Shown in pieces: positions 38,344-48,054 of a DNA stretch of 64,000 nucleotides. The stretch is from NCBI GenBank assembly GCA_029261055.1, contig JAJDCA010000080.1, positions 8,952 to 72,951 of the forward strand, in the 5' to 3' direction. The first letter of the stretch is position 1. Every line of letters starts with the position of its first letter. A model generated the notes under the pieces. That model had not been told where the DNA came from and made no database searches. It saw only the letters and a program-made list of their open reading frames with translations. The DNA is from Candidatus Omnitrophota bacterium. GTDB lineage: Bacteria; Omnitrophota; Gorgyraeia; Zapsychrales; Zapsychraceae. Both the position numbers and the translations under genes were made by a program.

Positions 38344-38802
38344 TTATATGGAATAAGCAAGAGGAGGTGCGTGGGAAGGTGTAGCTTTAAGAAAAATAGA
38401 TTTGAATAAAATACTGCCTGGTGGTCCGGGATCATGCGTGGAACCCCAAACAAAAAGAATCTGAGGGGTTTTTTCTATAAAAACAAATTGGGAGTGATAT
38501 GAAAATCGAGAGGAATTCCCCCGACTATCGGAAAATAATATTTTCTGAGGTGAAATACCGATGGCTTTAATAGTAGAACAGCAAAATTGGTCTTCTTCAT
38601 CCTCATGAGAATTGGCTGGATCTTCTGAATGGGTTTCCCCATGACACTGGCCATGTTCTTCCGTAGCTGCCTCTTGATGATGTTCAAATTCATCGGGATA
38701 TGCAAAGGCATCAATGCTGCAAAAATTGAGCAGCAGTAAAAAAACAAAGATGAAAACAGCAGTTATTTTACTTTTTTTAAGTATTTTCCTTATTAACTTC
38801 AT
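38344..38802 (-). CDS. Small secreted acidic protein of the 'FCCSTIKA' family (copy 2)
   Basis: Signal peptide. HGQCHGETHSEDPANSHEDEEDQFCCSTIKA. Conserved upstream promoter/operator. Confidence 0.5.
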   Translation of the reverse strand: MKLIRKILKKSKITAVFIFVFLLLLNFCSIDAFAYPDEFEHHQEAATEEHGQCHGETHSEDPANSHEDEEDQFCCSTIKAIGISPQKILFSDSRGNSSRFSYHSQFVFIEKTPQILFVWGSTHDPGPPGSILFKSIFLKATPSHAPPLAYSI

Positions 38803-38828
38803 CTTTATTGTCTTCCATTTTTTAAAAA

Positions 38829-38871
38829 ATTATACACTTAATGTACTGAAATCAAGGAGTTTTTAAACTCC
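38829..38871 (-). promoter_or_regulatory. Sigma-70-like promoter (TTGATT-15-TATAAT) overlapping a perfect 7-2-7 palindrome, GGAGTTT-TT-AAACTCC
   Basis: The motif ACTGAAATCAAGGAGTTTTTAAACTCC is conserved with 36680..36706 upstream of the paralog. Confidence 0.4.
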
Positions 38872-38885
38872 CTGATCTTTTATAT

Positions 38886-39233
38886 TCAATCTTTGACTTC
38901 TAATAACTTGAACAATCTTTTTCTGAGATTTTCACGGCAACCAAGAACATTACAAGATTCACCTGACATCTTCTCTTTGATCATAATTTCAGCAACAACA
39001 TCGTCTAAATCAAGCATAGAAACGACGCTAATAAGTTCTTTTTCTCTTGCCGTTTTTGCGGTTTCTATTAGTTTAACCGTTGGAACCCTCTGAATAAGCT
39101 TTTTATATCCAATATCCCTTAGTTCATGTTCATCATATTTACAGAAACATTTTTGGGGACATCTGCAATGTTTTTTAAATTCTATTTTATCGTTCATTGT
39201 AATTTTATATTTATAACGAATACGACAAATCAC
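38886..39233 (-). CDS. Small Cys-containing protein, hypothetical, immediately downstream of the HD-GYP gene
   Basis: HCRCPQKCFC and CNVLGC motifs. A more likely start is the internal MNDKIEF. Confidence 0.35.
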   Translation of the reverse strand: MICRIRYKYKITMNDKIEFKKHCRCPQKCFCKYDEHELRDIGYKKLIQRVPTVKLIETAKTAREKELISVVSMLDLDDVVAEIMIKEKMSGESCNVLGCRENLRKRLFKLLEVKD

Positions 39234-39237
39234 GCCA

Positions 39238-40071
39238 TTAAAGTTTTAAATTTAAAAATGTAGTTACCACATCTTTATTTAAATATTTCCCGGAGGCCTC
39301 CTTTAATTCGGAAGTAATGACCTCCTTCGTCAATGGATCTCTATATGATCTAGCCGTATTCATGGCATCAAAGGCATCAGCAACGGCTATAATTTGAGAT
39401 CCTAGAGGAATTAATTTTTTTTTGAGGCCATCTGGATACCCACTTCCATCACATTTTTCATGATGATGAAGAATAATTTCTTTTTCTTTAGATAAGAACT
39501 TTAAAGGTTTGAGTATTTGAACACCTCTTCTGGGATGATCTTTCATGATTTTCCACTCTTCATCATTAAGCGTATCCTCTTTTCTTAAGATATTATCATC
39601 GATGCCAATTTTACCAAGATCATGTAAGATGGCTGCTCGTTCAATTAATTTTTGATCTTCAACCGGCAGCTTCATTGCTTTGGCAATAGCTAAAGTATAT
39701 TCTGCAACTCTTTTTGAATGACCATGTGTATAAGGGTCTTTTGCTTCCGCCGTTAAGATTAAAGTTGAAATCATATCAATTTCAGCACGTTCCAGTTTGC
39801 TTTGAGCATTAATTAAATTTTTATTTAACAATTGAAGCCTTCGTTTATCTTTTAATTCTTGAATCCAAATATAAAACATCAAGCCTAAGACTACAATTAA
39901 AATTATCTTGTTTGCCAAAAAACTACTCGGGAATACAGCCATGCAAAAGAAATGCATGAAAACTAAAAAAAGAGCAAGCACTACGATTAAGGATTTATAT
40001 TTTTGGTGCAAGAAAAAAGTTTTGTTCAGCCGGACTATTTTATCTTTGTGTATTTTCTTGGTTACCTTCAT
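39238..40071 (-). CDS. Membrane-anchored HD-GYP domain cyclic-di-GMP phosphodiesterase-like protein
   Basis: Two N-terminal TM helices. HD motif (HDLGKIGI) and HHHEKCDGSGYPDGL (GYP). Confidence 0.85.
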   Translation of the reverse strand: MKVTKKIHKDKIVRLNKTFFLHQKYKSLIVVLALFLVFMHFFCMAVFPSSFLANKIILIVVLGLMFYIWIQELKDKRRLQLLNKNLINAQSKLERAEIDMISTLILTAEAKDPYTHGHSKRVAEYTLAIAKAMKLPVEDQKLIERAAILHDLGKIGIDDNILRKEDTLNDEEWKIMKDHPRRGVQILKPLKFLSKEKEIILHHHEKCDGSGYPDGLKKKLIPLGSQIIAVADAFDAMNTARSYRDPLTKEVITSELKEASGKYLNKDVVTTFLNLKL

Positions 40072-40162
40072 TTAACTAATCCTTTTCTTTTCTGTTCGAT
40101 TGCTGCAATGTTCCCGTCAGAATCGTAAATTTAGCGGTTATATTAGGAACAGATAACATTAT

Positions 40163-40597
40163 TTATTCCTCATTTAATGGCATCATCACAATACTACCAT
40201 CTTCAAAATTAAACTCACCGCTAAAATTAGCAGAAAAATGTTTTTTATCCTCAGTAAATAAAATATATAATGTTTTATTATCATTCATATTTTTTAAAGT
40301 CGCCCCGTATAATCCATCCTTATTTTTATAAATTCTTTTATCACTAATTGATAACCAATGTACATCTAGAATTTCTCCATCAATGGGCAAGTTATAAAGG
40401 TATATTATTAATAAAGCATTGTCGACTAGTTCCACTACCCGTAGAACTTCGGCTTGCTCCTTTAATTCTTGATTGTAATTAATCAATCCGAAACTAAAAT
40501 CAGGTATAAAAAATGATACGCTGACAAAGAATATAGTAATAACCACAATCGAATGCCAATTAGCCATCTTAACCAGCGAACATCTATTCTTAAACAT
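40163..40597 (-). CDS. Membrane-anchored hypothetical protein
   Basis: N-terminal TM, otherwise no recognisable motifs. Last gene of the CopA operon. Confidence 0.35.
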   Translation of the reverse strand: MFKNRCSLVKMANWHSIVVITIFFVSVSFFIPDFSFGLINYNQELKEQAEVLRVVELVDNALLIIYLYNLPIDGEILDVHWLSISDKRIYKNKDGLYGATLKNMNDNKTLYILFTEDKKHFSANFSGEFNFEDGSIVMMPLNEE

Positions 40598-40610
40598 GAC
40601 AGATCTCCTG

Positions 40611-42887
40611 TCATAATTTTAAGTTCCGTAATCTTAACGAATTTCCAATAACCGACACCGAACTAAAGCTCATCGCTGCTCCTGCAATTATCGGACTTAA
40701 AAGCAAACCAAAAAATGGATAAAGAACTCCGGCAGCTATCGGAACGCCCAGAGTGTTGTATATAAAAGCGAAAAATAAATTTTGCCGAATATTTTTCATC
40801 ACAGTCCTGCTTAAATACAATGCTTTAACAATCCCATTTAAATCTCCCTTAACTAAGGTTATTTCGGCACTTTCGATGGCAACATCGGTTCCGGTGCCCA
40901 TGGCAACGCCAATTTGAGCTTCAGCTAATGCCGGGGCATCGTTTATGCCATCACCAGCCATCATCACAACAGCTTCTTCATTCTTAAATTGTTTAACAAT
41001 GTCTTGTTTATCTTTCGGTTCTAGTTCAGCACGAATATCATCAATTCCCAATTCTTTAGCTATAGTTTGAGCTGTTCCTTGATTATCCCCTGTTAACATG
41101 ACTACTTTTAGTCCCATCTTGTGTAGTGCTCGAATGGCCTTTGGGGTCGTTTCTTTAATAGGATCAGCAATGCCTATAAGTCCTGCCATATATCCATCAA
41201 CAGCTACCCAAACTACTGTTTGCGCTTGTGCGTGTAGACGTGACGCTTCATTCTTCAAGTCTTCCGGTATGTCAATACCAGCCTTTTGAATAAATTTCTT
41301 TTTACCAAGCAAGATATTCTTTGCATTGACTTTTCCTTTTACTCCTCCACCGGTTACAGAGTCAAAATCCTTAACAGGGTTAAGACTCCAGTTGTGTTTT
41401 TTTGCATAATCAACTACGGCTCTGGCTAAGGGATGCTCACTACTGTTTTCTAATGAAGCTGCTAGCGTCATAAAGGCACTATCATTCCAGCCTTTTACCG
41501 CGATACAAGAAACAACTTTAGGTTTTCCCTCGGTCAGAGTACCTGTTTTGTCTATCAGAAGGTGTGTCACCTTTTCTGCTTTTTCAATAGCTTCGGCATT
41601 CTTAATTAAAATACCGCTTTGTGCTCCTCTTCCGACACCAACCATGATTGACATCGGGGTAGCCAAACCGAGAGCACAAGGACATGCAATAATTAAAACA
41701 GCAACAGCATTAACTAATGCATAAGCAAGCGCTGGCGCCGGCCCCCATATTGACCAAGTAATAAATGTAGCAATAGCACATAAAATAACGGCAGGAACAA
41801 AATACCCCGATACTTGATCAGCAAGTTTCTGAATAGGGGCACGGCTTCGTTGAGCTTCGGCAACCATATGGACAATTTGTGATAACAATGTTTCTGAACC
41901 GATTTTTTCAGTTTTCATCACAAAAGTTCCAGTTTGGTTAACAGTTGCTCCGATAACTATATCCCCTTCTTTTTTAACAACGGGGATGGGCTCTCCCGAT
42001 ATCATGGATTCATCAACCGTACTTTTTCCTTCAGTAAGCACACCATCCAGAGGGATTTTTTCTCCGGGACGGACACGCAGTAAATCTCCTTTCTGCACAT
42101 CATCAATAGCAACTTCTTCCTCTTCTCCATTTTTAAGACGATGAGCATTTTTAGCGGCAAGACCTAAAAGCGCTTTAATGGCATGACCTGTTCGATTGCG
42201 TGCTTTTGCTTCCAACAATTGTCCTAAAAGAACCAAAATCGTAATAACGGCCGCGGCTTCAAAATAAATACCGATTTCACCATGTTTTTTTAATGACTCA
42301 GGGAAAATATCCGGAAATAACACAGCCACAGCACTATAAACGTAGGCGGTGCCAACACCCATACTGATCAAAGTAAACATATTCAAGCTTTTGTTTAAAA
42401 TAGACTTCCAACCCCGAACAAAGAATATTCCACCAGCCCAAAAAACGACGGGTGTTGCTAAAATAAGTTGTATCCAATTTGAAACTTTTTGTGAAATAAT
42501 TGATTTCAAATCTAGTCCCGGGATCATCTCGCCCATCGCTAGAAGAAAAACAGGGATGCTAAAGGTAACACCCGTCCAAAATTTAAGTAATAGTGCTCGA
42601 AGTTCACGATTATTCTTTTCCTCCTCTCCATCTGTTATACTTTTTGGCTCGAGAGGCATGCCGCATTTAGGGCAATCTCCAGGCTTGTTTTGTTCTATTT
42701 CAGGGTGCATCGGACAGGTGTAAATGCTTTTTCCCGAAGTATCAAAAAAATGAGGATCGGTTTTCTGACCAGAGATAAATTTCTTTCTGCAAGCTTCACT
42801 GCAAAAATAATAGGTCTCAACATCTTGCAAAAGCTTGATAGCTTTTTTTTCGTCAATCTCCATTCCACAAATTGGATCTTTCACCAT
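40611..42887 (-). CDS. copA: Heavy-metal (Cu+/Ag+-type) P1B-type ATPase with N-terminal TRASH/YHS-type metal-binding domains instead of HMA domains
   Basis: Transmembrane CPC motif. DKTGTLT phosphorylation site, GDGINDAP hinge. The N-terminus has DPICGMEID...[12 protein letters not shown] plus a CPMHPEI...CPKCGMPL zinc-ribbon. Confidence 0.9.
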   Translation of the reverse strand: MVKDPICGMEIDEKKAIKLLQDVETYYFCSEACRKKFISGQKTDPHFFDTSGKSIYTCPMHPEIEQNKPGDCPKCGMPLEPKSITDGEEEKNNRELRALLLKFWTGVTFSIPVFLLAMGEMIPGLDLKSIISQKVSNWIQLILATPVVFWAGGIFFVRGWKSILNKSLNMFTLISMGVGTAYVYSAVAVLFPDIFPESLKKHGEIGIYFEAAAVITILVLLGQLLEAKARNRTGHAIKALLGLAAKNAHRLKNGEEEEVAIDDVQKGDLLRVRPGEKIPLDGVLTEGKSTVDESMISGEPIPVVKKEGDIVIGATVNQTGTFVMKTEKIGSETLLSQIVHMVAEAQRSRAPIQKLADQVSGYFVPAVILCAIATFITWSIWGPAPALAYALVNAVAVLIIACPCALGLATPMSIMVGVGRGAQSGILIKNAEAIEKAEKVTHLLIDKTGTLTEGKPKVVSCIAVKGWNDSAFMTLAASLENSSEHPLARAVVDYAKKHNWSLNPVKDFDSVTGGGVKGKVNAKNILLGKKKFIQKAGIDIPEDLKNEASRLHAQAQTVVWVAVDGYMAGLIGIADPIKETTPKAIRALHKMGLKVVMLTGDNQGTAQTIAKELGIDDIRAELEPKDKQDIVKQFKNEEAVVMMAGDGINDAPALAEAQIGVAMGTGTDVAIESAEITLVKGDLNGIVKALYLSRTVMKNIRQNLFFAFIYNTLGVPIAAGVLYPFFGLLLSPIIAGAAMSFSSVSVIGNSLRLRNLKL

Positions 42888-42901
42888 ACTACCCCTCGTA
42901 A

Positions 42902-43228
42902 TTAAATGGATTTCCCTGTTCTGATACTTGTCGCTTCTTCAACCGGAGATACGACAACTATACCATCGCCTTTATACTCTGTTTGAGCATTTTTAATGAT
43001 GGCCTTTTTAATTTCCTGGACTTCATTATCATCACATATTAATTCAATCTTTATCATTTCTGTATAATCAGACCCTATAGCACTATCAAAATGGTCGTAC
43101 TCTTTAAAAGCACCATGACCGACCTCTTCCACATGAACAGCCATCAGCCGCTGAATTTTTAATTTTTCCAGGACATCCAAAACATTACTGGATTTGTAGG
43201 TTCTGACATATGCTTTGATTAACTTCAT
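42902..43228 (-). CDS. P-II family (PII-NG-like) protein adjacent to the P-type ATPase
   Basis: Colinear with 4962..5300 and GlnB over the beta-alpha-beta core (KAYV...[19 protein letters not shown]). Confidence 0.65.
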   Translation of the reverse strand: MKLIKAYVRTYKSSNVLDVLEKLKIQRLMAVHVEEVGHGAFKEYDHFDSAIGSDYTEMIKIELICDDNEVQEIKKAIIKNAQTEYKGDGIVVVSPVEEATSIRTGKSI

Positions 43229-43260
43229 TTTGACACCCCCCTTTAAGTGTTATTAACCAT

Positions 43261-43797
43261 CTATGAAAATTCACATTTTTTTATTTCGTTAAAAAGCTCT
43301 TTACCTTTTGAAGAGTTAATTATTGTATAACGTTCCAGAATTCTTAACTTAAGCCCATAAATAAGGACATATTCAAAATCGAAATAGTGTCCCGACACCA
43401 ATTCATCTAAATACTCCCAACGCGTTTTATCCAACAATTTTTCTGCTTCAATTAAATTTGTCATCTTGCCTGCTTCATTAATAATTTCTACTAAATAAGG
43501 CGTACTGCCCATACCCCCTCTCATATGATCCTGTGGATCTTTATTTGCTTTTTCAGCTCTATACCGGGCAATTTCGTTTCGAAATTCTTGTTCAAACTTT
43601 ATCCAAGCATTTATCACATTATTGTTAGACTGAACGCCTTCCCCATTTTCAATTATCAATTGATAGACATGTGCATAATCTTTTTCCCATAAAAGCCTCT
43701 GACAATCTTCCATAAATTTTCTTATGGTCATAGGAGGCATATCTTCAAAACAAATCGACGGTAAACTTGTTGAAAAATAATAATATGCTTTTCTCAT
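43261..43797 (-). CDS. Hypothetical cytoplasmic protein
   Basis: No recognised motifs. Co-directional within the CopA operon. Confidence 0.4.
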   Translation of the reverse strand: MRKAYYYFSTSLPSICFEDMPPMTIRKFMEDCQRLLWEKDYAHVYQLIIENGEGVQSNNNVINAWIKFEQEFRNEIARYRAEKANKDPQDHMRGGMGSTPYLVEIINEAGKMTNLIEAEKLLDKTRWEYLDELVSGHYFDFEYVLIYGLKLRILERYTIINSSKGKELFNEIKKCEFS

Positions 43798-43833
43798 TTA
43801 GAATTTTAGAAAAACTTTCCATTATAATATTTA

Positions 43834-44106
43834 TTATTCAAAAAATGAAAGCGTTTCCTCTCTTTTCTTTACTTCTTTCTCGTATTTTTCATTTAATTGC
43901 TGCATTTTTTCTTTATACTCGGCATAAGTACACGTGCCTCTAATATGCTCAAGTTCCAGGGCATCACGAGTTTGCTTATATTCAGAAAAATGCGAATCTA
44001 CTAACCATGTTCTTGGGATATGTAAATAATTATGCCAAGGTTCTTTTCCTGCATAACTGCATCCAATTAAAAATAAAGCTAGAAACAACATAAATAAATT
44101 TTTCAT
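43834..44106 (-). CDS. Small lipoprotein, hypothetical
   Basis: Signal peptide with lipobox LIGCS. Confidence 0.45.
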   Translation of the reverse strand: MKNLFMLFLALFLIGCSYAGKEPWHNYLHIPRTWLVDSHFSEYKQTRDALELEHIRGTCTYAEYKEKMQQLNEKYEKEVKKREETLSFFE

Positions 44107-46061
44107 TATCCTCCCTCTTTCTTTAAAGAAATTGTTTTGTTAAGCTCTTCTATGAATTTATCTCGACATAATAAACAACAAAAAAAATATTCTTTACCAT
44201 CCTGTTTAACCATAAAAGGATTGTCCTTTGTATGCACAATCATTTTACAAATAGGGTCTATCGACTCATCATTATGCGTTATATTTGATAGTTTTTTGGA
44301 ATAATGGGCTGAGCTGTGCTGTTGAATAACCTCCGGCATTTCTTTATGACTTTTTATTTTCAGATACATCTCAACCATTTTTTTGCACTCAGAAATATCT
44401 AAAGAATAGAAATGTTTTTTTACAGAACTCAAAACATGAAAATCCATACTTAAATTCTTAAAGCCTAATCCAATCAACACTGATAAAGCGTGTATATCTG
44501 AGGAAATCTCTCCACAAATATTTAAAGGTTTATCTATTTCATCCGATATATCTACCATAGATTTTAACATTTGAAGCGCGACAGGATCGTCTAAGGGGCG
44601 TTCTACATAGACATTGGCATTGTTTCGATCCTTTGCATAAAAATATTGAAATAAATCATTTGTCCCTATGCTGGCAAAATCAATATAATTTAATAACTCT
44701 CTAAACCCCCATACCGCTGAAGGAACTTCAATTAAAACACCTTGTTGAAAATCATTGCAATACTTCCTATTTTCCTTTTTAAGCGTGTTAATAGCCTCTT
44801 CCAATAAATTTTGCACAAACAATAATTCATCCACACCTTCAATCATCGGATATAAAATACGAAGATTTTTGGTATGTACGCCTGCTCTTAAAATGGCTTT
44901 TAATTGCGTTTTAAGAATCTCGGGATGAAAGTGATAAATTCTATGAGCTCTTAAACCTAAAGCAGGGTTATCTTGTGGGCCTAAAGAAAAGTAAGGTAAT
45001 TCTTTGTCGCTCCCAACATCTAGAGTTCGAATTGTGATAGAATACCCTTCGCATTTCGCAAAAAGCTCCGAATAAACAGCAAACTGATCATCTTCTGAAG
45101 GAAAATCCTTTCGATTGTGCATAAAAAGAAATTCTGTCCGATATAAACCGATTCCCTTTGTGCCTTTTAAGTCATTTTTATGCAGTTGTTTTGGATCAAC
45201 AATATTAAGCCATATATTCACAGGTAATAAAATTTCATTGTCTTTAATGCATTTCTCTGAAATATTTCCTTGTGTTTCTAAGAAATCTTTATCTTCGGGG
45301 TTAATGATCACTTGTGTGTTTATGGCATCAACTAGAACATGTTGAAAATTTTTTAATTGTTTAGCACTGTAAGAATTCACCTTTAACACAGGCAAACCAA
45401 AAGATCTGCTTAAAATAGCCGCATGCGAAAAAGACGTACCTTTTTCCACAATAAATCCTTTAACTCCACAATCTTTTAATTCTAAAACTAAAAATGGCGT
45501 TAATTGTTTTGCAACGACAATAGGATTTTCAACATTTTTTAATAGTTCAGAAAAAATAATTCCATTTTCTTTAGTAAGCCGATTACGGAGTCGCAGCCCA
45601 ATATCCTGAAAATCAACACTTCGCTCACGGAAAGTAATATCCTCAATTTTTTCAAATATTGAAATAATTTCTTTTAAGACATGTTCAAGGGCAACTTCGG
45701 CAGAAAATAAATCTGTACGAATTTTTTCTTGAATCTTTTTACGAAATTCTGAATCATTCAAAATGCTTACATGCGTTTGAATGATTTCAGCTTCATCAAT
45801 AAAAGAATTGCATTTTAGATCTTTTATGGTTTTATTTAAATCGTCAATAACATCAATAACTTCTTTATTAAATCGATGGATTTCATCATCAATATCCTTT
45901 TCAAGTATAGTTTTCTTGGATATTTTATGATTATCAAAGGAATTAATAAAACAGACCTGCCCCTGAACAAATCCAGAAGTGATCATTTCCCCATGAATAA
46001 TTTGTCGTTTTAGATTCTCCATTATTCTTTTCCTAATGACATCCGTGTTTTTTATCATCAA
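44106..46061 (-). CDS. PTS Enzyme I-like PEP-utilising phosphotransferase fused to a C-terminal TRASH/YHS metal-binding domain
   Basis: EI N-terminal helical domain, phospho-His mobile domain (KGTSFSHAAILSRSFGLPV) and PEP-binding TIM barrel (GTNDLFQY). The terminal 60 aa read DPICKMIVHTKDNPFMVKQDGKEYFFCCLLCRDKF. Confidence 0.72.
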   Translation of the reverse strand: MMIKNTDVIRKRIMENLKRQIIHGEMITSGFVQGQVCFINSFDNHKISKKTILEKDIDDEIHRFNKEVIDVIDDLNKTIKDLKCNSFIDEAEIIQTHVSILNDSEFRKKIQEKIRTDLFSAEVALEHVLKEIISIFEKIEDITFRERSVDFQDIGLRLRNRLTKENGIIFSELLKNVENPIVVAKQLTPFLVLELKDCGVKGFIVEKGTSFSHAAILSRSFGLPVLKVNSYSAKQLKNFQHVLVDAINTQVIINPEDKDFLETQGNISEKCIKDNEILLPVNIWLNIVDPKQLHKNDLKGTKGIGLYRTEFLFMHNRKDFPSEDDQFAVYSELFAKCEGYSITIRTLDVGSDKELPYFSLGPQDNPALGLRAHRIYHFHPEILKTQLKAILRAGVHTKNLRILYPMIEGVDELLFVQNLLEEAINTLKKENRKYCNDFQQGVLIEVPSAVWGFRELLNYIDFASIGTNDLFQYFYAKDRNNANVYVERPLDDPVALQMLKSMVDISDEIDKPLNICGEISSDIHALSVLIGLGFKNLSMDFHVLSSVKKHFYSLDISECKKMVEMYLKIKSHKEMPEVIQQHSSAHYSKKLSNITHNDESIDPICKMIVHTKDNPFMVKQDGKEYFFCCLLCRDKFIEELNKTISLKKEGG

Positions 46062-46233
46062 AATAACTTCTATCTTCCTCGGGAAAGCTTGTCATCAATA
46101 AATATCCTCCAAACATAAAAACCATATAGAAAAATAAGGCAATGCTCGTTTTAATATTAAGAAACGGAAATAAAGAAATAGAAATTAATGGAATTATGCA
46201 TCCAATCAATATATTTATTTTATATTTCTTCAT
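46033..46233 (-). CDS. Small 2-TM membrane protein (DUF2933-like?), paralog of 46501..46728
   Basis: GCIIPLISI...FMFGGYLLM. Translationally coupled to the neighbouring genes. Confidence 0.4.
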   Translation of the reverse strand: MKKYKINILIGCIIPLISISLFPFLNIKTSIALFFYMVFMFGGYLLMTSFPEEDRSYFDDKKHGCH

Positions 46234-46514
46234 TTTTTAACTCCTACCTTAAGCTGAAAATTATAAATACTGGCGACTGTTGAACCAATAAGAGTTCCTA
46301 AGATAAATGTTTGAAATATTCCTAAAATCATATCTCCTAATGGAACGTTCATTTTAATAATGGCCGAAACATCAACCCCATGCATCATACTATTAAACAA
46401 AAATATAGACGCCTCTTTACCGGCAACCGCCATAACAAAAGCGCAACCTAAATATAAAATGGCTCCGGTTAATCCAAAAGCAAAACCAAACTTCTTAACA
46501 TTAATGACCCCCAT
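46230..46514 (-). CDS. Small 2-TM membrane protein, hypothetical
   Basis: Hydrophobic. Overlaps both flanking small genes (4 nt and 14 nt). Confidence 0.4.
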   Translation of the reverse strand: MGVINVKKFGFAFGLTGAILYLGCAFVMAVAGKEASIFLFNSMMHGVDVSAIIKMNVPLGDMILGIFQTFILGTLIGSTVASIYNFQLKVGVKK

Positions 46515-46728
46515 GATTTTCCCCTCCCTTCTCTAAAGAATGTTTTTCCTCAGGCCCATGTTCCTCCCCATGACCATGTCCTTTTAACATCATCAAATGA
46601 CAGCCAAACATAAGGACAATAAAGATGAAATATGTGACATTACTGCTAACCCCAAAAGAGGGCAGAATCATAATTAATAAAAGTGGGATCATGCATCCCA
46701 GCATATGCATTAAGGCATGATTTTTCAT
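46501..46728 (-). CDS. Small membrane protein with a His-rich C-terminal tail (DUF2933/CbtB-like metal-binding mini-protein?)
   Basis: MHMLGCMIPLLLIMILP...FMFGCHLMM followed by KGHGHGEEHGPEEKHSLEKGGENHGGH. Confidence 0.45.
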   Translation of the reverse strand: MKNHALMHMLGCMIPLLLIMILPSFGVSSNVTYFIFIVLMFGCHLMMLKGHGHGEEHGPEEKHSLEKGGENHGGH

Positions 46729-47429
46729 ATCCTTACCTCCTGAGTATGTTTTTGAAAAACAGTATATAAAAAGTTTTGGTTCGTTTGAAACGGAGTTATA
46801 TGGTTTTCCTTTAGACTTTTAATCAGGCTAAAGTCATCTAAGAATACGTTCTTTATAGATTCTTCTGAATATTGTGTGACCTTTAACCTGCTGCACTTCT
46901 TAGGTCCTTCCGTCGAAAATGTCGCTATAATCATATAGCCACAAGGTTTAATCAACTTACCTGCCACTTTGACATACTCTTTAATGTCTTGCTTGGAAGT
47001 TAAAAAATGAAAAGTGGCCCAGTCATGCCAAATATCGAATCGCTTCTCTGTATCAAAATCTAATATATCCGAAACAATCCATTCTACATTTCGGGAATAT
47101 TCTCCAAGTCTTTGCTGAGATTGTTCCAATGCTTTGACAGATATGTCTAAAACGGCGATATCCTTAAAATTTAATTCGATGAGTTTATCCACAAAGACAG
47201 AATTTCCGCCTCCTACATCAATAATAGAAGCATTCTGATCAGGGTTAAACGACAGAATCAAATCTATAGAAACTTGGAGATTCTGCTTATACCAACTAAC
47301 TTCATTGAATTTCTTTGTTTGATAAACATCTTCCCAATGTTTTTGCCTCGATTGTTTTTTAAATTTAAAGATGTTTTGCATTGCTTTATCTCCGAATACC
47401 GAACTTTGGTATAAATGCCGGAACGCCAT
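46725..47429 (-). CDS. Class I SAM-dependent methyltransferase, paralog of 14208..14831
   Basis: IIDVGGGNSVFVDKL. The likely real start is the internal MQNIFKF (about 47381), which gives a 5-nt overlap with the upstream ICMT-like gene rather than 44 nt. Confidence 0.75.
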   Translation of the reverse strand: MAFRHLYQSSVFGDKAMQNIFKFKKQSRQKHWEDVYQTKKFNEVSWYKQNLQVSIDLILSFNPDQNASIIDVGGGNSVFVDKLIELNFKDIAVLDISVKALEQSQQRLGEYSRNVEWIVSDILDFDTEKRFDIWHDWATFHFLTSKQDIKEYVKVAGKLIKPCGYMIIATFSTEGPKKCSRLKVTQYSEESIKNVFLDDFSLIKSLKENHITPFQTNQNFLYTVFQKHTQEVRI

Positions 47430-48036
47430 TTTTATAAATCAAATATTCTTCCCCAAATTGCTTTTCGACAGCGCTTTCTTCTCTCATCGCTAATTTAGAA
47501 TAAGCAAACATTAAGATTGGCCACATAACAATTGTTGTTAATGAGGGCCATTGAATAAGAAATCCTACTGTAATTAAAAATAGCCCTGTATATTGAGGAT
47601 GTCGTACATGTGAATACACACCTCCTGTTACTAATTTTTCTCCCTTAGATTCATGGATTAATTTCCAGCCTAAGTGTAAAAGTATAAAACCTCCAAAAAT
47701 AATCAGATTACTTATAATATGAAGAATTGTCATTGCTATATTAGAATCCGCCAAGCCAAGAAATACCAACCATAAATGCCCGTGATGATGAGAAAATGGA
47801 TCAAGAACAGGGTAAGTTTGTCCCATCCACGAGGATAGAAAATAAATCGTTAGGGGGAACCCATACATCTCTGTAAATAATGCAACTATAAATCCAATGA
47901 AGACCCCCATCGTTCTCCATTCGAATTTCTTTTTCGGTCCAATAAAACTGATAACGAAGAATACCAGAAGAAAACTATTAAATATCACCACCGGCCACAT
48001 ACCGTAAGCGTAATTGCCCAAGTGTTGTCCGTGCAT
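47386..48036 (-). CDS. Membrane methyltransferase of the ICMT / phospholipid-methyltransferase family, paralog of 11922..12392
   Basis: Multi-TM. SHVRHPQYTGLFLITVGFLIQWPS and the C-terminal REE..L...FGEEY motif. Confidence 0.68.
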   Translation of the reverse strand: MHGQHLGNYAYGMWPVVIFNSFLLVFFVISFIGPKKKFEWRTMGVFIGFIVALFTEMYGFPLTIYFLSSWMGQTYPVLDPFSHHHGHLWLVFLGLADSNIAMTILHIISNLIIFGGFILLHLGWKLIHESKGEKLVTGGVYSHVRHPQYTGLFLITVGFLIQWPSLTTIVMWPILMFAYSKLAMREESAVEKQFGEEYLIYKNGVPAFIPKFGIRR

Positions 48037-48054
48037 TTTTTTATACCTCCTCTT

